64,000 nt of DNA from Phoronis australis (lineage: Eukaryota > Animalia > Phoronida), in NCBI GenBank assembly GCA_002633005.1, contig NMRA01000489.1, positions 78,982 to 142,981 of the forward strand, given 5' to 3'. The notes under the pieces are model-generated. The model worked only from the letters and a program-made list of their open reading frames with translations, was not told the DNA's origin and did no database searches. The position numbers and the translations under genes are program-made. Below, piece after piece: positions 50,091 to 62,421 of the stretch (within the stretch, counting starts at the first letter, position 1; each line of letters starts with the position of its first letter).

Positions 50091-53000
50091 GGGTTCTCAC
50101 CACTAAACATCTATTATTAAATTACGTAAACGCACTTCCCGAAGTACTTAACCATCTATACGCAATTCACCCCCATAACTGCAGGTGTCGGTGCTAAAAG
50201 TCTTTCCTGAAACAGAGGTTCACCAGCTGTCTTACGTTCTAAAAATGCCTTATCCTTGATGTGCGCGCTGATGTTCGACACTTTTGAAACGTTTCTATTC
50301 TCCATTGTACATGCATCTCGTAAAAATGAAGTTCTTGTTTGAAAAACATTGTTATCAAATAATAAAGGCGCACCNACAATTGATGGCGACACTGTAAGAG
50401 CTTGCGCGTCGCTCGCCGATACAGAAAAACCTTGTCAACTTGCCACAAACTTTATACTTCACACAGAACAAGCTTGTTTTGAAGGACATTTTTAAAACAA
50501 CTAGACAACTTGAAATGCAGTTTTGTTCATTATCTTTATTAAACAAAATACAGGTAACATAACATGATTGGCAACTTAAAGCAAACCATTCACGCCCACA
50601 AACGCATACTTGTGGTGGGAGTTATTTGCAATTCAACAGTTATCTCAAAATAAAAGCATCTTCAGGACCAACTTTTATTAAGAGTCTCAGATTTTAGTAT
50701 TTTTTTAAATAGGTCTTTTTCAGTTTTGAAATATTTAGACTTCCGTTTAAAACAGTACAAATTTGAATTAGTATTTTCAAGTCGCTGCCGATAGATATGA
50801 ACTTTTCGTAAACATACAATGAGATTCATTATATTTTTTATTGTCAGCTTTGTTTGAAGGTTAGAATTACGAAGTTACGTCGATGCACGTTTTGTTATGA
50901 AGTATCAGTCCTCGATTCACAGTTATACAACTAGGTACTGCCGCGACGTAGCTGAGGGGTCCTCTCCAGGCCGCATTTCGAAAGTAAGATGGACGGCAGC
51001 GCGTCACTTCGATGGGGGAGGGCAAACTACCGAGGGACGGTGTCAACTTTAGTGATAGGGGAGCGAAGCTTTAGGTTACGGACATCGCAGGCGAGCAATA
51101 AAAACTGAAATTGCATTTGACGAGTTAACTTCGCAAAATGTGAGCTGGTACTCGCCAAATCGGAATCCGATGATGATATGGCGGGATGGCGCGAAAAACT
51201 CAAAAAGTGAGATAGTACGCAAAAAGCGGGATAGTTGGCAAGTACAATGTGCACTGCCAGCAACACAAAGTATTGGATTGGATTTTTTACAAGATAAACT
51301 TTTCATTTTTTAAATATCGTTTCACGGGCAAAGGTAAATGCTACAGTTGGCAGTTACTGCTTACATGTAGATATCAAATTAACAAAAAGAATCTGAGCAG
51401 TAGGTAAACATTGCACAAATGAGTTATTATAAAAAACAATTGAAAACATTAATAATAATAATGTGCATGCTTGTACACACACGCACGCACGCTCGCACAC
51501 ACGCACACACACTTAGCTGCGCAAATACGAGTACTATTTCGAAAGTCCCGTAAACACACTTGCTAGTAGGGGTAAACCTTTCATTTATAACACACACTCA
51601 GGAACTAAATGTCACTTCCTTCGGTAAAATACAATAACAGGGTTTCAACATCCAAAAATGTCTTGTTGAAAAACTCCTAGCATGTAGTTCAATTGGTTCT
51701 ATTGTTCTAAGAGTGGAGGTGAAAAGTTATGAGGTCACACTATTCCCGGTATCCAGGTCGGTGCGTATAAAGAATGACCGATGCATAATCGCCGGGTTTG
51801 TTAACTAATTTTGCCGGAAAATCGTTGGTCATGTCTAGAACCGTAGCCTATGAGTCTCGCATGATGAGCAAACATGTCAAAATGAAAATGAAACAATGAA
51901 ATTAACTACAACACTCGATCACAACACAGTCGAGTAGACAGCCGGAATTCCACAGTGCAAACTCTCGCGGCTGGTCTCGGGGTCGCAAGCTCTAATGGAA
52001 TACATTGATCTCGTGCAGTTGTCATTCCAGGACTAGAGTTCTAAGGTAGAATGTAACAAACTATAGGTAGACCAAGAGCTGGTGTTCGTGAGAGTAAAAT
52101 GATGTTCCTAAGAGATGCATGTGCCCGTGTGTAGGCCTAAAATTTTTGGTTCGGGATAGCTGACACAGAAAACTGGTGATGCACTTTGGAATCCGAATAG
52201 CTATGCTGTTCGCGAGGGAGATTTAGTTTCCGTGATAAGGTCTTGCATTAAAAACACAAAAATTGGCGCCGTTGCAGAAACATCACCCGTCACGTTAGTT
52301 CGTCCCTGAACTCGGAAAGGCTACATAAACCCCGCGTTCCTTCAAAGAAGCTAACTTGAGAGTTACTGCAAAAAACCAATCTCAACTTGTACCCAACTCA
52401 GATGGGAACTGGTGTCAGTTTTGAAAGCAATGACTGTTATTGTTTAAACAAAGCTCTGGTCGTAATCTCTCCCCAGTGACAAGCCAGGTTGTAGAACATG
52501 TCATTTTAGCGAGACCGTGGTCCCGCCCACAGAGTACCCTCGACCTGCAGCGGACAATTATCACACTGGGCTATACTACCTCCTTAAACACAACTTAACC
52601 GCACCAAGGGTTTTGATGACGTTACAAAATTTACCCGACGTTTCTTGGTATGATTTGTCGAAAAATCAGCACGTACTAAGGAATGTCCGACCCCCTAAAT
52701 GCTGTGCGCACATTTGCACACCCCAAGCGGTGCACGTTTTTCAACAATAAATTAATTTCTTTTCTGTGTTACTTACCGTGTCAATTCCCCTTTATCCGAT
52801 CTCTTCGTGAGATTGTGAACACGCCAGAAGTGTAATGATATGCAAAGCATGTATTTAAGCGCGTGTTGAACGGCTACCGGCCAATCAGTGATTCGCCGAA
52901 CTGCGGGGATCTGAACACCTGTGATGTCGCGTGTTAGGTACTATTTGATCTAGTTTCGCATTAATTTTTTATGCGATTAAAAAGTAGTGGGTGTTATTAC

Positions 53001-54056
53001 GTAGTTCGATGAAACTAATACTCTTATCGACCATGCAAGACGGTACTTGTCTAGGGATTGTGAAATATATTGGCGATCATGCTTTTGTTTGTACCCTGAA
53101 AAAGCAAAAATCGATGAGCGGTAATGAACTTAATGACGAAAAGGCAAAACTTTGACACCTGTATTAAAAATTAAGTTTTTTAATACAATGTTTTTCATCA
53201 CGAACAAATCTTCTTTTTTGAAAAGGTCTATGATCATTGGCACTGTCCCAGTTCTCGAAGGCATTCCACTGTGTGAATATTCCTATGAACAACTGTAAGA
53301 GCAAGACGGGAAATGAACTGAAAACAAATGTGGCATAACAATTGCACTCGCTTGCACAACCGGCAGTTTGAACATGACGGCGTTCACAAGAATTTCATTT
53401 CAAGAGTCAATGAACAATTCTTCAACTACAAAATTCAAACTAGTCGACAATGTGCAGTCTTCGTATCATTAGTCGAATGAATGAACAAAGACGAACATAG
53501 CCGGAATAAATTTAACAATCAAACCGAACGCGGATTTTTGTCGGTTTGTTTTACGTGATTGTCTATATTCGTCGTATTATCTTTTATTCACATCCGTACT
53601 AAGACGGTAACGTCGTGTGTCTGTGTACATCTTAATCGAATCATAGAACTCTAGCCCTGGAATGCCAACTCCCGTACGTGACCTAATGTTTCCCATTATT
53701 AAAGTTTGTGACACCCAGAGTAGCCTGTTTACACTGTGAAATTCCGTTTGCCTTCTCGTCTGAGTTTTGATTGAGTGTTGTAGTTACCAAATCAAGCCTA
53801 ATTTCATTGCTTCATTTTCATTTTGTCATTTTTGGTCATCGAGTGAGCCCAGGAGTTTTTCAATAAGACAATTTGGGTGTTAAAATCATTGTACAGTATT
53901 TTACGGAAATAAATGAAATTTTGGTTTCTGAGTGTTTGAGTGTTTGTTCTGCAAATATAAATGAAAAGTTTAGGCCCTGCCAACAGGTGTGCTTACGTAA
54001 CTTTCGAAAAACTACTCGATCACCATGTATATATTATTATTGTTTTCAACTGTTTC

Positions 54057-54087
<31 letters not shown>

Positions 54088-54175
54088 TAACAATAACTTA
54101 ACAACAACAACAACAACAACAGTGTATTAATAACAATAATAGTAATAGTTATAGTAATAGTAATAGTTATAGAAA

Positions 54176-54246
<71 letters not shown>

Positions 54247-55166
54247 ATAGTAATAGTTATAGTAATAGTAGTAGTAGTAGTAATAATAATAGTTATAGTG
54301 ATAGTTATAGTAATTGTAATAGTAATAGTAGTAGTAGTAGTAGTCATAGTAATAGTAATATTAGTAGTAGTAGTTATAGTAATAGTAATAGTTATAGTAA
54401 TAGTAGTAGCAGTAATAGTAATGGTAATAGTTATATAAATAGTAGTAGTAGTAGTAGTAGTAGTAGTAATAGTAATAGTAATAGTTATAGTAATAGTAGT
54501 AGTAGTAGTAATAATAATAGTTATAGTAATAGTTATAGTAATAGTAATAGTAGTAGTAGTAGTAGTCATAGTAATAGTAATAGTAGTAGTAGTTATAGTA
54601 ATAGTAATACTTATAGTAATAGTAGTAGTAGTAGTAGTAATAGTAATGGTAATAGTTATAGTAATAGTAGTAGTAGTAGTAGTAATACTTATAGTAATTA
54701 TAGTAATAGTTATAGTAATAGTTATAGTTATAGTAACAGTAATAGTTATAGTAATAGTAGTAGTAGTAATACTTATAGTAATAGTAATAGTAATATTTAC
54801 AGTAATAGTAATAGTAGTAGTAGTAGTAATAGCAATAGTTATAGTAATAGTAGTAGTAGTAATACTTATAGTAATAGTTATAATAATAGTTATAGTTATA
54901 GTAACAGTAATAGTAGTAGTAGTAGTTATAGTAATAGTAATAGTAATACTTATAGTAATAGTAGTAGTAGTAATAGTTATAGTTATAGTAATAGTAGTAG
55001 TAGTAATAGTAGTAGTAGTAGTTATAGTAATAGTAATAGTTATAGTAATAGTAATAGTAGTAGTAGTAGTAGTTATAGTAATAGTAATAGTAATAGTAAT
55101 AGTAATAGTTATAGTAATAGATATAGTAATAGTAATAGTTATAGTAATATTAGTTGTAATAGTAAT
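54057..55166. repeat. Compound trinucleotide microsatellite: (AAT)n, (AAC)n, then mixed GTA/ATA/GTT
   Basis: Seen directly, including a pure (GTA)n run at ~54178-54246. It explains the poly-T/I and poly-V/I ORFs. Confidence 0.98.
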
Positions 55167-55541
55167 GTTTTATTTAGTTGGAGTAATTGGTTTATCGCAT
55201 TTTTCTACATATCACGTTATGAATTTTTATTAAAGAATCTAATTGTATCAAACGGCAGCAACAGTCCAATTAATTATAATTGATGAAAACGTGTACTTTT
55301 GCATGAATGCCTGACTAAATTCTTTACATCAGCTGTGAGGATTCATATTCTAAAATTCAAGATTGCCTTTGTAGTATAGAAATCTTATGAATCATTGAAG
55401 TTATTTCCATGCTGGTTCAACTAGTCATTTGTATAACCTCTCTGCTTCATTTTTAATGATGAGACTCGTATGCAATTCCGTTGAAAAACGGCGGAGTTGC
55501 GAAAACTTTTAGTGTTGGTAAATTACATACCAAATACCAAA

Positions 55542-55611
55542 ACCGGAACAAACGAATGCAAACAAATTCCACGCATGCGTGGAGCAACCTCAGCAGCGAG
55601 AGCGAAGTTGG
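55542..55611 (-). repeat. Inverted copy of the 45830-45902 repeat
   Basis: Reverse complement matches 45830-45902. Confidence 0.8.
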
Positions 55612-55654
55612 CATTCCAGGGCTACAGTTCTATGATTGAATAAATTAGGGATTA

Positions 55655-56220
55655 TGTCACGTTTTTCCCCGTGTGTGGGTGGGCGCAGGTGGTTACCGAT
55701 CGGCCGATTCTAATAGCTTTCGGTGCGACGATAAACTGAAGACTGGTTCGGGTTAATCGCTTAATTAATCTCGACCCTACGTTCAAGCCTACTCAAACTA
55801 AACAAAACGTTCGACGTAACGTCTGTTTTATATGCTTCAGCCAGTGCTGCGAAGCCTTGACTCGAGACGAACTTCTGAGACACTTTCAGCAACTGTTACA
55901 CTCTATTGACTATCGCTGTAACTCGGTGCAACTCAACTTAACTTTCTTGTAACTAACTTTAACTAACTTTCAACTCACCGTCACAAACATGTGTTTTGGT
56001 ATTTATAGCCTCATATAATGTTCTAGAATGTTCCAGATTACATTAATCACTTATATGCTAGAATCTTCTAGAATGTTCCACACTATTCTTTGGTAAACAA
56101 ATTACATCATCAGTGTTCTGACCTCAGAGGTCATGCCAATCAATAACGATCTGCTAGAACACAAACAGAACACTAGAACAAAATAATAAAACTAAGAACA
56201 GCGTCGGTCCACTCCTGACA
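55655..56220 (-). mobile_element. Solo LTR (566 bp) of an LTR retrotransposon
   Basis: TGTCA...TGACA termini; flanking GATTA (55650-55654) / GATTC (56221-56225) read as a 5-bp TSD with 1 mismatch; minus-strand TATA box CTATAAATA at 56008-56000. Confidence 0.72.
56000..56079 (-). promoter_or_regulatory. TATA box with two adjacent heat-shock-element arrays inside the solo LTR
   Basis: gTTCtaGAAtgTTCc (56020-56034) and aGAAtcTTCtaGAAtgTTCc (56060-56079) are perfect alternating nGAAn arrays, immediately upstream of TATAAATA on the minus strand. Confidence 0.6.
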
Positions 56221-59200
56221 GATTCCACAGTGCCCCAATCCGTTACGCGCAAAAATACGCGGAATTTGTATATCCACTACACTCTACAGAGAGGAAAACT
56301 CTGTCATATTTTCCCATAAATCTACAATATTGTAGAATCCACTGAGCTAGAAAATTGAACGGATACTCGCTCAGTTATATATTAATAGATATCTGTTCTT
56401 GTTACGCACCCCAGTAAGGTTACACGGACTGGGTGACACGAGTGCTCGCATTATTCCAGTTGTCATCATGGATGGATTCTTCAAGGCTTAGGTCTCAGGC
56501 GCAGTGAACGGACGCAGTGGTGCTAACTACATGATGTGTAAGTACTCAACGATATTCGGACTTGAAGCGTGAATCATCTCAGTCGCGATTTTGCGGACCG
56601 GGTGAAGTCAGATTTAGGGGGCCTACTTCGCTGCGCAAGAAAAACAAAATAAAAGGGTGTACCGGCATCCCGTTCATTGTCCTTTGAATGAAAGTTGTGA
56701 TTGTCCTGCCAAAGCTGATAGCATTCTACACCAGCAACTGCACTAACCAAATGTTACAATAGTTCCACGCAGCCTCACTACTGTTTAATTGTATGTAACA
56801 TGTACATATGTACAAGGAACAGCTCAACTGGCATCGATTGGAGAGGCAGTAATTGCACACTTTGGTGGCGCTGCAAAAATGATAGTTGTTTAGGACACAA
56901 CGCCTCGTTTTAGCATCAATTTTAAAAATACAAACGTGAAAGTATGCGGATTTCAATCAGGCAGAACCATTGTAGTTGGGACATAACGCCTGTTTTCAAG
57001 TACTGTGCCGAATTCGTGCAAGTAGTGAATGGTGCGCACAGACGTTTAGCTTCCCCTGACTTCAAGTCTTCACGCTGTGTACGATACAGCGTTGTCATAA
57101 CGAGCTCATAGACAAATATGTTAATGAAACTTCAACAAATGTTAGTAATCGTTAAATCACTATTCTTGTATGGGTCAATCTCTTATGACCAGTCGTTCAC
57201 CTCGGATACCATTCAGATCTTCATTGGCACAAATTTTTGTAATGTTATATGATATTCAACAGTGTATGTCTACTGGTCATTAGTAGAGTCTTGGAAGTCC
57301 TAGCTCAGTCATTCATGAAATTCAACCACATATATTCACGTAGACAATGTGCCAGCTGTTTTGAAGGCTACTAGCTTGCAGGTAAAGATAGTTTGTCTAC
57401 ACATTCCAATCAACTGAGATTGAGTTGAACAGGACTTCGTAACAGACAGTCGTATACGAATAATCAGATTGTGTACACAAATTTGTCGAGTCAGCTCATT
57501 TTTCGAGCTAAAATGTTAACACTATTTGTCGTTAAAGCTGGAGATTGCTTGTTCATACCCGGCTATCGGCGTGACTATATAGATAATGACAAATCTCACC
57601 ACAGTGACAAAATAGCATACTTAGGAGTATTGCAATTCCATCCATATGATGGTCTTCAGAAATTACGGTATCGAGTATCGAAATAGCAGTAGCTACAACT
57701 ACATGAGTCCGTTTACTTGCGAATTTACCATTATAGCAAAGCATTAGACTTATACTCTACCGGTATCATACGCAATGCCTACTGGTACCTGAATGGTAAT
57801 AAGCCGTGTTCCCGCAGCTTCAGGGCAAAAATGTAACATAATTGTTGACGGGTACCAATCGATTTTTGGAATGTATAAGTTAAACAAAGCAATAGTAACC
57901 ACGACGCCGTTTGCGGAAGTTCTTCAACACCCGTAGATGGCGTTGTTGTAACTAATATCTATGAAGACTAGATAGCTCCGATCTATTGTGGCTCATGAGC
58001 GGTCGCCACTGTTAGTCGAACGAGGCCATCATGTACCATTCAATGCTTAAATGCAACACGGCCTCTAGTTGTTCACTAATTCAATGGCACTTAGCCTATT
58101 CCCTCGTTAGAATCGATAGATAATCAATGAAGTTCTATGGAAAGTTTTGAGATGGCAATCAAGCTAGTTTAATTCCAGCCAATCAGGGCGAGGGAGTTTG
58201 GAAACACAATTGTAGTCCACCATTTTTGTCCCACAAATATTGGTTAAGAAAAAACATAACGATGTTCTTACTATGCACTATGTGCACTCTCAATACAAAA
58301 AGAATAAGAGGTAATAAACACACGCCTTTAGCATAAAATCCCACCTTCTTTGCCAATTCCCGTCATAAGATCGGTCTCATATTCCATACTGAGCTTAAAA
58401 ATAAATTCTAGGATTGGAAGAATTGACAGGCACGGTTATTACTTCAGACCAGATCCAGGCATGAGGCGTGTTTGTCAGTAAGGTTGAGTTTCATCCGCCA
58501 ACGCAGTGTGGCCACTGGGGGAATACCAGGCGTTTTATTACAACCGATTTTGAAACATGCTAAAGGTTTTGTTTACCATTTAGCACAGGCCAGGAGGTCG
58601 ACATTTACGTCATACCTACGAATTCCCAACGATTTTATTAAAAAATATCAATGCCTGTTGCGGGGTCGATTTCCTCATAATTTAATCTGGTTTCGAGACA
58701 TATAATTGCATCAAATTCTGAAAGCTTTGAGATGCGTCATTTTTCATTCGTGAGAATGGCCTCAGAGATCTAAACGGAAGTCGTAACAAACATTCAAGGA
58801 ATGTTGGGTGATTCCTGAGGCATACGCACCGGCAGGAGCCGAGGTATCCAGAATCATTCAAAAGATTGCCTGTTGCCGGTTCAGAGTTTAACTCAAACTT
58901 CAAAAAACGGCAGAACTTGTTTATAATTGACAATACTTTGAAGACCCATTGGATCGGCTCATTTAGACGACTATCAAAAACCTCATTTCCGTCAGCAGAT
59001 TGGTGTACACATTGAGTATCACACGAGCAATTCTTCTTTATGCCTTCTATACAATGAAGACAGCTTCTGGAATACGTTGGACGAGTAAACCGGTAGTTTC
59101 GCTTCATTCAAAGAGAGAGGTCTTCATGTTTGCCAAACTTCCACGCTTTTGATTCCAGCGAATGCTGTCAGGTTTTTTTACAGCCTCGCATTACTCGGTC

Positions 59201-61035
59201 GTTTTGGCCACATGTGTCTTTGCAATGGTTTGCATGAAGATGTGTTGTAGTTTTATGGGTAAATTTCATTAATTCATATGGTGATTTGGGGTAGCTGCCG
59301 GCAAGCGTTTGTTGGGGATTACATGGACATTTTGCCTTCGAAAGTTGAGGTTGGGCCCACTCTCATGTTCGTCATCCGCCTGTGTTATTTACATTCTCAC
59401 GTGAATATAGTTGACGTGCCCGATTTATAAGAGGAATGAAATCGCCTCCTCTGGAATGGGTTGGTTAATATGAGAGACTATATCATTCAAAACCCGGAAA
59501 ATAGTGCAACAGGTGACCTTAAAGGATTTATAATTTCACAAAAAACAAGAAAATTGGAAATCGATTCCAAAAGCAAAAATGAAAGCAATTGCTACTGTCA
59601 ACGGGATCTCTCCCAGCCAGCAGTACCATTAACAATGATCAATGCAAACGGAAATGAGCTACAGTTCATCCGATTATCACTTGGCAGAGAAGGAAGGGTC
59701 CCTAGAGTAACACAGAAGTGTCTAAAATCTATTTCCTTGACGCTTCGGAAATCTATACATATCGAGTTTTCTCGGACTGGCCAATGTCAACGTCCTGTTT
59801 TCAAGTGTAGATTATACTTGCTGCAAAGCTATTAAAATGCCGTGATGCCTCAAGATTGTGGCACTGATAGTTTTGTTAAATGTTATAATTTCAATGTTTA
59901 TTTATTCCTGCATCATTTTTGACTGCCCACCCCTTATACACATATGCCCACCAGAACCAGGGTTTCGTAATTCACGCGAGGAAATTATTGTGGGCACATT
60001 CTCTTTTCTTCGGTACCCCGCTTCCAACGGCTCAGATTTTTCAGTTCTCGTTTTCGCAAAGTCCAACCAGAGCCAATATCCATACTGTTGGTTAACCATC
60101 GACACAAAGAAAAAAAAACAAAACAGTTTTCAAGTTAAATTAAAACCTATTCCATTACAAGTGCATGGGATGACCAGCGAAGTTGAGATGGGAGGACAAA
60201 AATAAATTCATGAACAATGTTTTTTCAAACAACCTCGCAATATTCATGGAATGGTGGCATAAGTTTACTATCAAGCGTTGTTTTCGTCATTTACTCGCTC
60301 CATAAAGCGAAAAAAATCAGCTTGTATACTAATTACCTAGTTCTCCACCACTCTAGTGCGCATGCGGTGCACAAGCTCAACTCGAAACCATGGACTCGTG
60401 TACGTAGAAATGCTTTTGTGGCTTGCAGCAGAGACCGTAGAAAGGGAGACAAATCTCCTAGCGAAATCCCATTGGTCGGCCACTGGCGGCCATTGTTGTC
60501 TCATGGACCGTAGAGACGTTTGGTGGGTGTGTGTGCAATAAACAAATATGGCAAGATATGACGGCTCTAGTCGCTAGAAAAGCAAGGATGCTTTTTACCG
60601 TACCTACGGCTGCAGCAACAGTTACAATTCGTGACTTATGCTTTTTTCCGTTTCCCCACTGATTCAACTAAATGATGTTTAGGATTGAAACAAAGGATGT
60701 TTTGGCGTGAAACTGTTGCCAGTCAACCAGTGATAGGCTAGGTGATTTGAACTTGTTGTTTTTACTGTTCCCTGAATTTGACCGCTATGTAGAAAATTAT
60801 CGCGAATGGTTTGCTTGATTAGTTTTTTTATGCCCATTGATGCTTCTCACTACTTTCTTTCATTTTTTCTGCAGTCTTAATACATTCAGATCTAAAAGAT
60901 TTGAAAAAAATAATAACTATGTACAACGTCATGGGTTGAACCCAAGTCGTTCGGCACACTGTTCGGATCAGCAACTAAGTGTATAGAGTGAAGTGAAAGT
61001 AAAGTATATTTAGCGTCGAGAAGGTTCGTAGAGGG

Positions 61036-61273
61036 ATGAAAAGATTGTTTGCGGAGGCTGCAGCAACAGCAGTTAGACGGAGAACGTCTCAGTGTTCCGA
61101 AGGACGCCAAAGTTGCGCAGTAGTGGCATCGCTTCGTGCACCGAACGAGACTGTGGGACCTCAGCGTGGACCAAGCGATTCTGTCCGGAGCCACTCTGTG
61201 TTCTGCCCACTTTGAGGAGTCGTGTTTCGACTACAATCAGAGGAGATGTTACGATGAAGGCCTGGTTCAATAA
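61036..61273 (+). pseudogene. Decayed THAP-domain transposase N-terminus
   Basis: With frameshifts and stops: MKR.VCGGCSNS..DGERLSVPKDAKVAQ*WHRFVHRTRLW...LCSAHFEESCFD; THAP C2CH, P, W and F residues are recognisable. Confidence 0.75.
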
Positions 61274-62266
61274 AGGACAATATTTACTATTCAGAAACAT
61301 TGGCTCTTTATTCAGGATCGCCTGTTGGATGACTGGGTTGACTGGCCGAGCCCGAGGCCGCTTCTCTCGCGGGAGGATCCAGTTCGTAAGGCCTCAAAGT
61401 AGAAAAGTACGCAGCTGAAAACGTGTCAAATTCGTTCTCGCTCTCGTACAACCCCATTTCGTCATTCTGGCCACCATTCTCGTATGTTTTTCATAGTATT
61501 TGTTCATTTTTGGCTCATAATCGTTGTCGCTTTCAAATTCCCTACTCTCCGCCGTTGTTCAATGCTAGTCGCTGATCTCTTGTGTTCAACCCATGATGTC
61601 ACATGGCGGGAAATGTGAAAATTGGCAAAATTGAAAGAGAAATCAAAATTTCGAGCTAATGACACACAATAATCATGGATTTGGCTAAAGTTTACGTCAT
61701 ACATTTAGTCTGTGGCCACCGGTAATTCGAAATGTGCAAAAATCCATGGTGTGTACTGTTTAAATGGATTGTGTATTCAATAGGCATCTTGGCCGATTTA
61801 TGGAGGCATACAAGGCAGGTTTACTGGACTGCAGGCAGGACTTCCATCTCTTGCTCGTCAGTTTTCAACACCCTACCCCTTGATGCCCCCAGCTTCAATT
61901 ACCACAACCATTTCAAATACCATCAGGCACGGATGCTGGGGGTCCAGTGCTCGGTTCCATGAAACAGTCACACATGGCGACTCCACTATGTTCCCTAAAT
62001 CTACTGCATATTTGTGATTTTTATACGTTGAATTCTCATTATTATTGGAAATAAGTAAGGATCTTTTCATGCAGCGCCCCTAATTTAAGGACTAAATCCC
62101 TAAATATTTTGATTGGATTAAGGGCTCACTTTTTAGTCATATTTTAAGAAAACGTCACTATAAGTCAATAGAGAAAATCGTAATAAAGATAAAATGATAG
62201 AAAAACATAACAACTATAAGTAAAAGACGAAACGAATACGCAAAAGATTTAGGCAACTCAGTTGAG

Positions 62267-62421
62267 CACAGGCGGATCCAGTAGGTCAAAGGGGCCCGGA
62301 CTCTCATTTTCCGTAGATTTTAGTGATATCAAATCCAGAGTTTTCAAATTGTTGACTTGGACCACCCTTCTTATAAATCTTTGATCCGACCCCCTTTTAA
62401 AAAATCCTGGATCTGCCCCTG
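62267..62421. mobile_element. CA...TG MITE with 5-bp TSD (TTGAG)
   Basis: TTGAG at 62262-62266 and 62422-62426; TIR cacaggcggatccag / reverse complement caggggcagatccag. Confidence 0.7.

Noticed and set aside
46681-51245. Possible 4.5-kb hAT-like element (catagttgccaac ... gttggcaagta)
   Set aside because: Ends match only loosely and no target-site duplication was found.
54012-55233. 185-aa Thr/Ile and 195-aa Val/Ile ORFs (mucin- or membrane-like)
   Set aside because: Translation artefacts of a trinucleotide microsatellite.
56726-56956. Cys-rich 76-aa ORF
   Set aside because: No signal peptide, no recognisable Cys framework, non-ATG start; expected by chance in TG-rich DNA.
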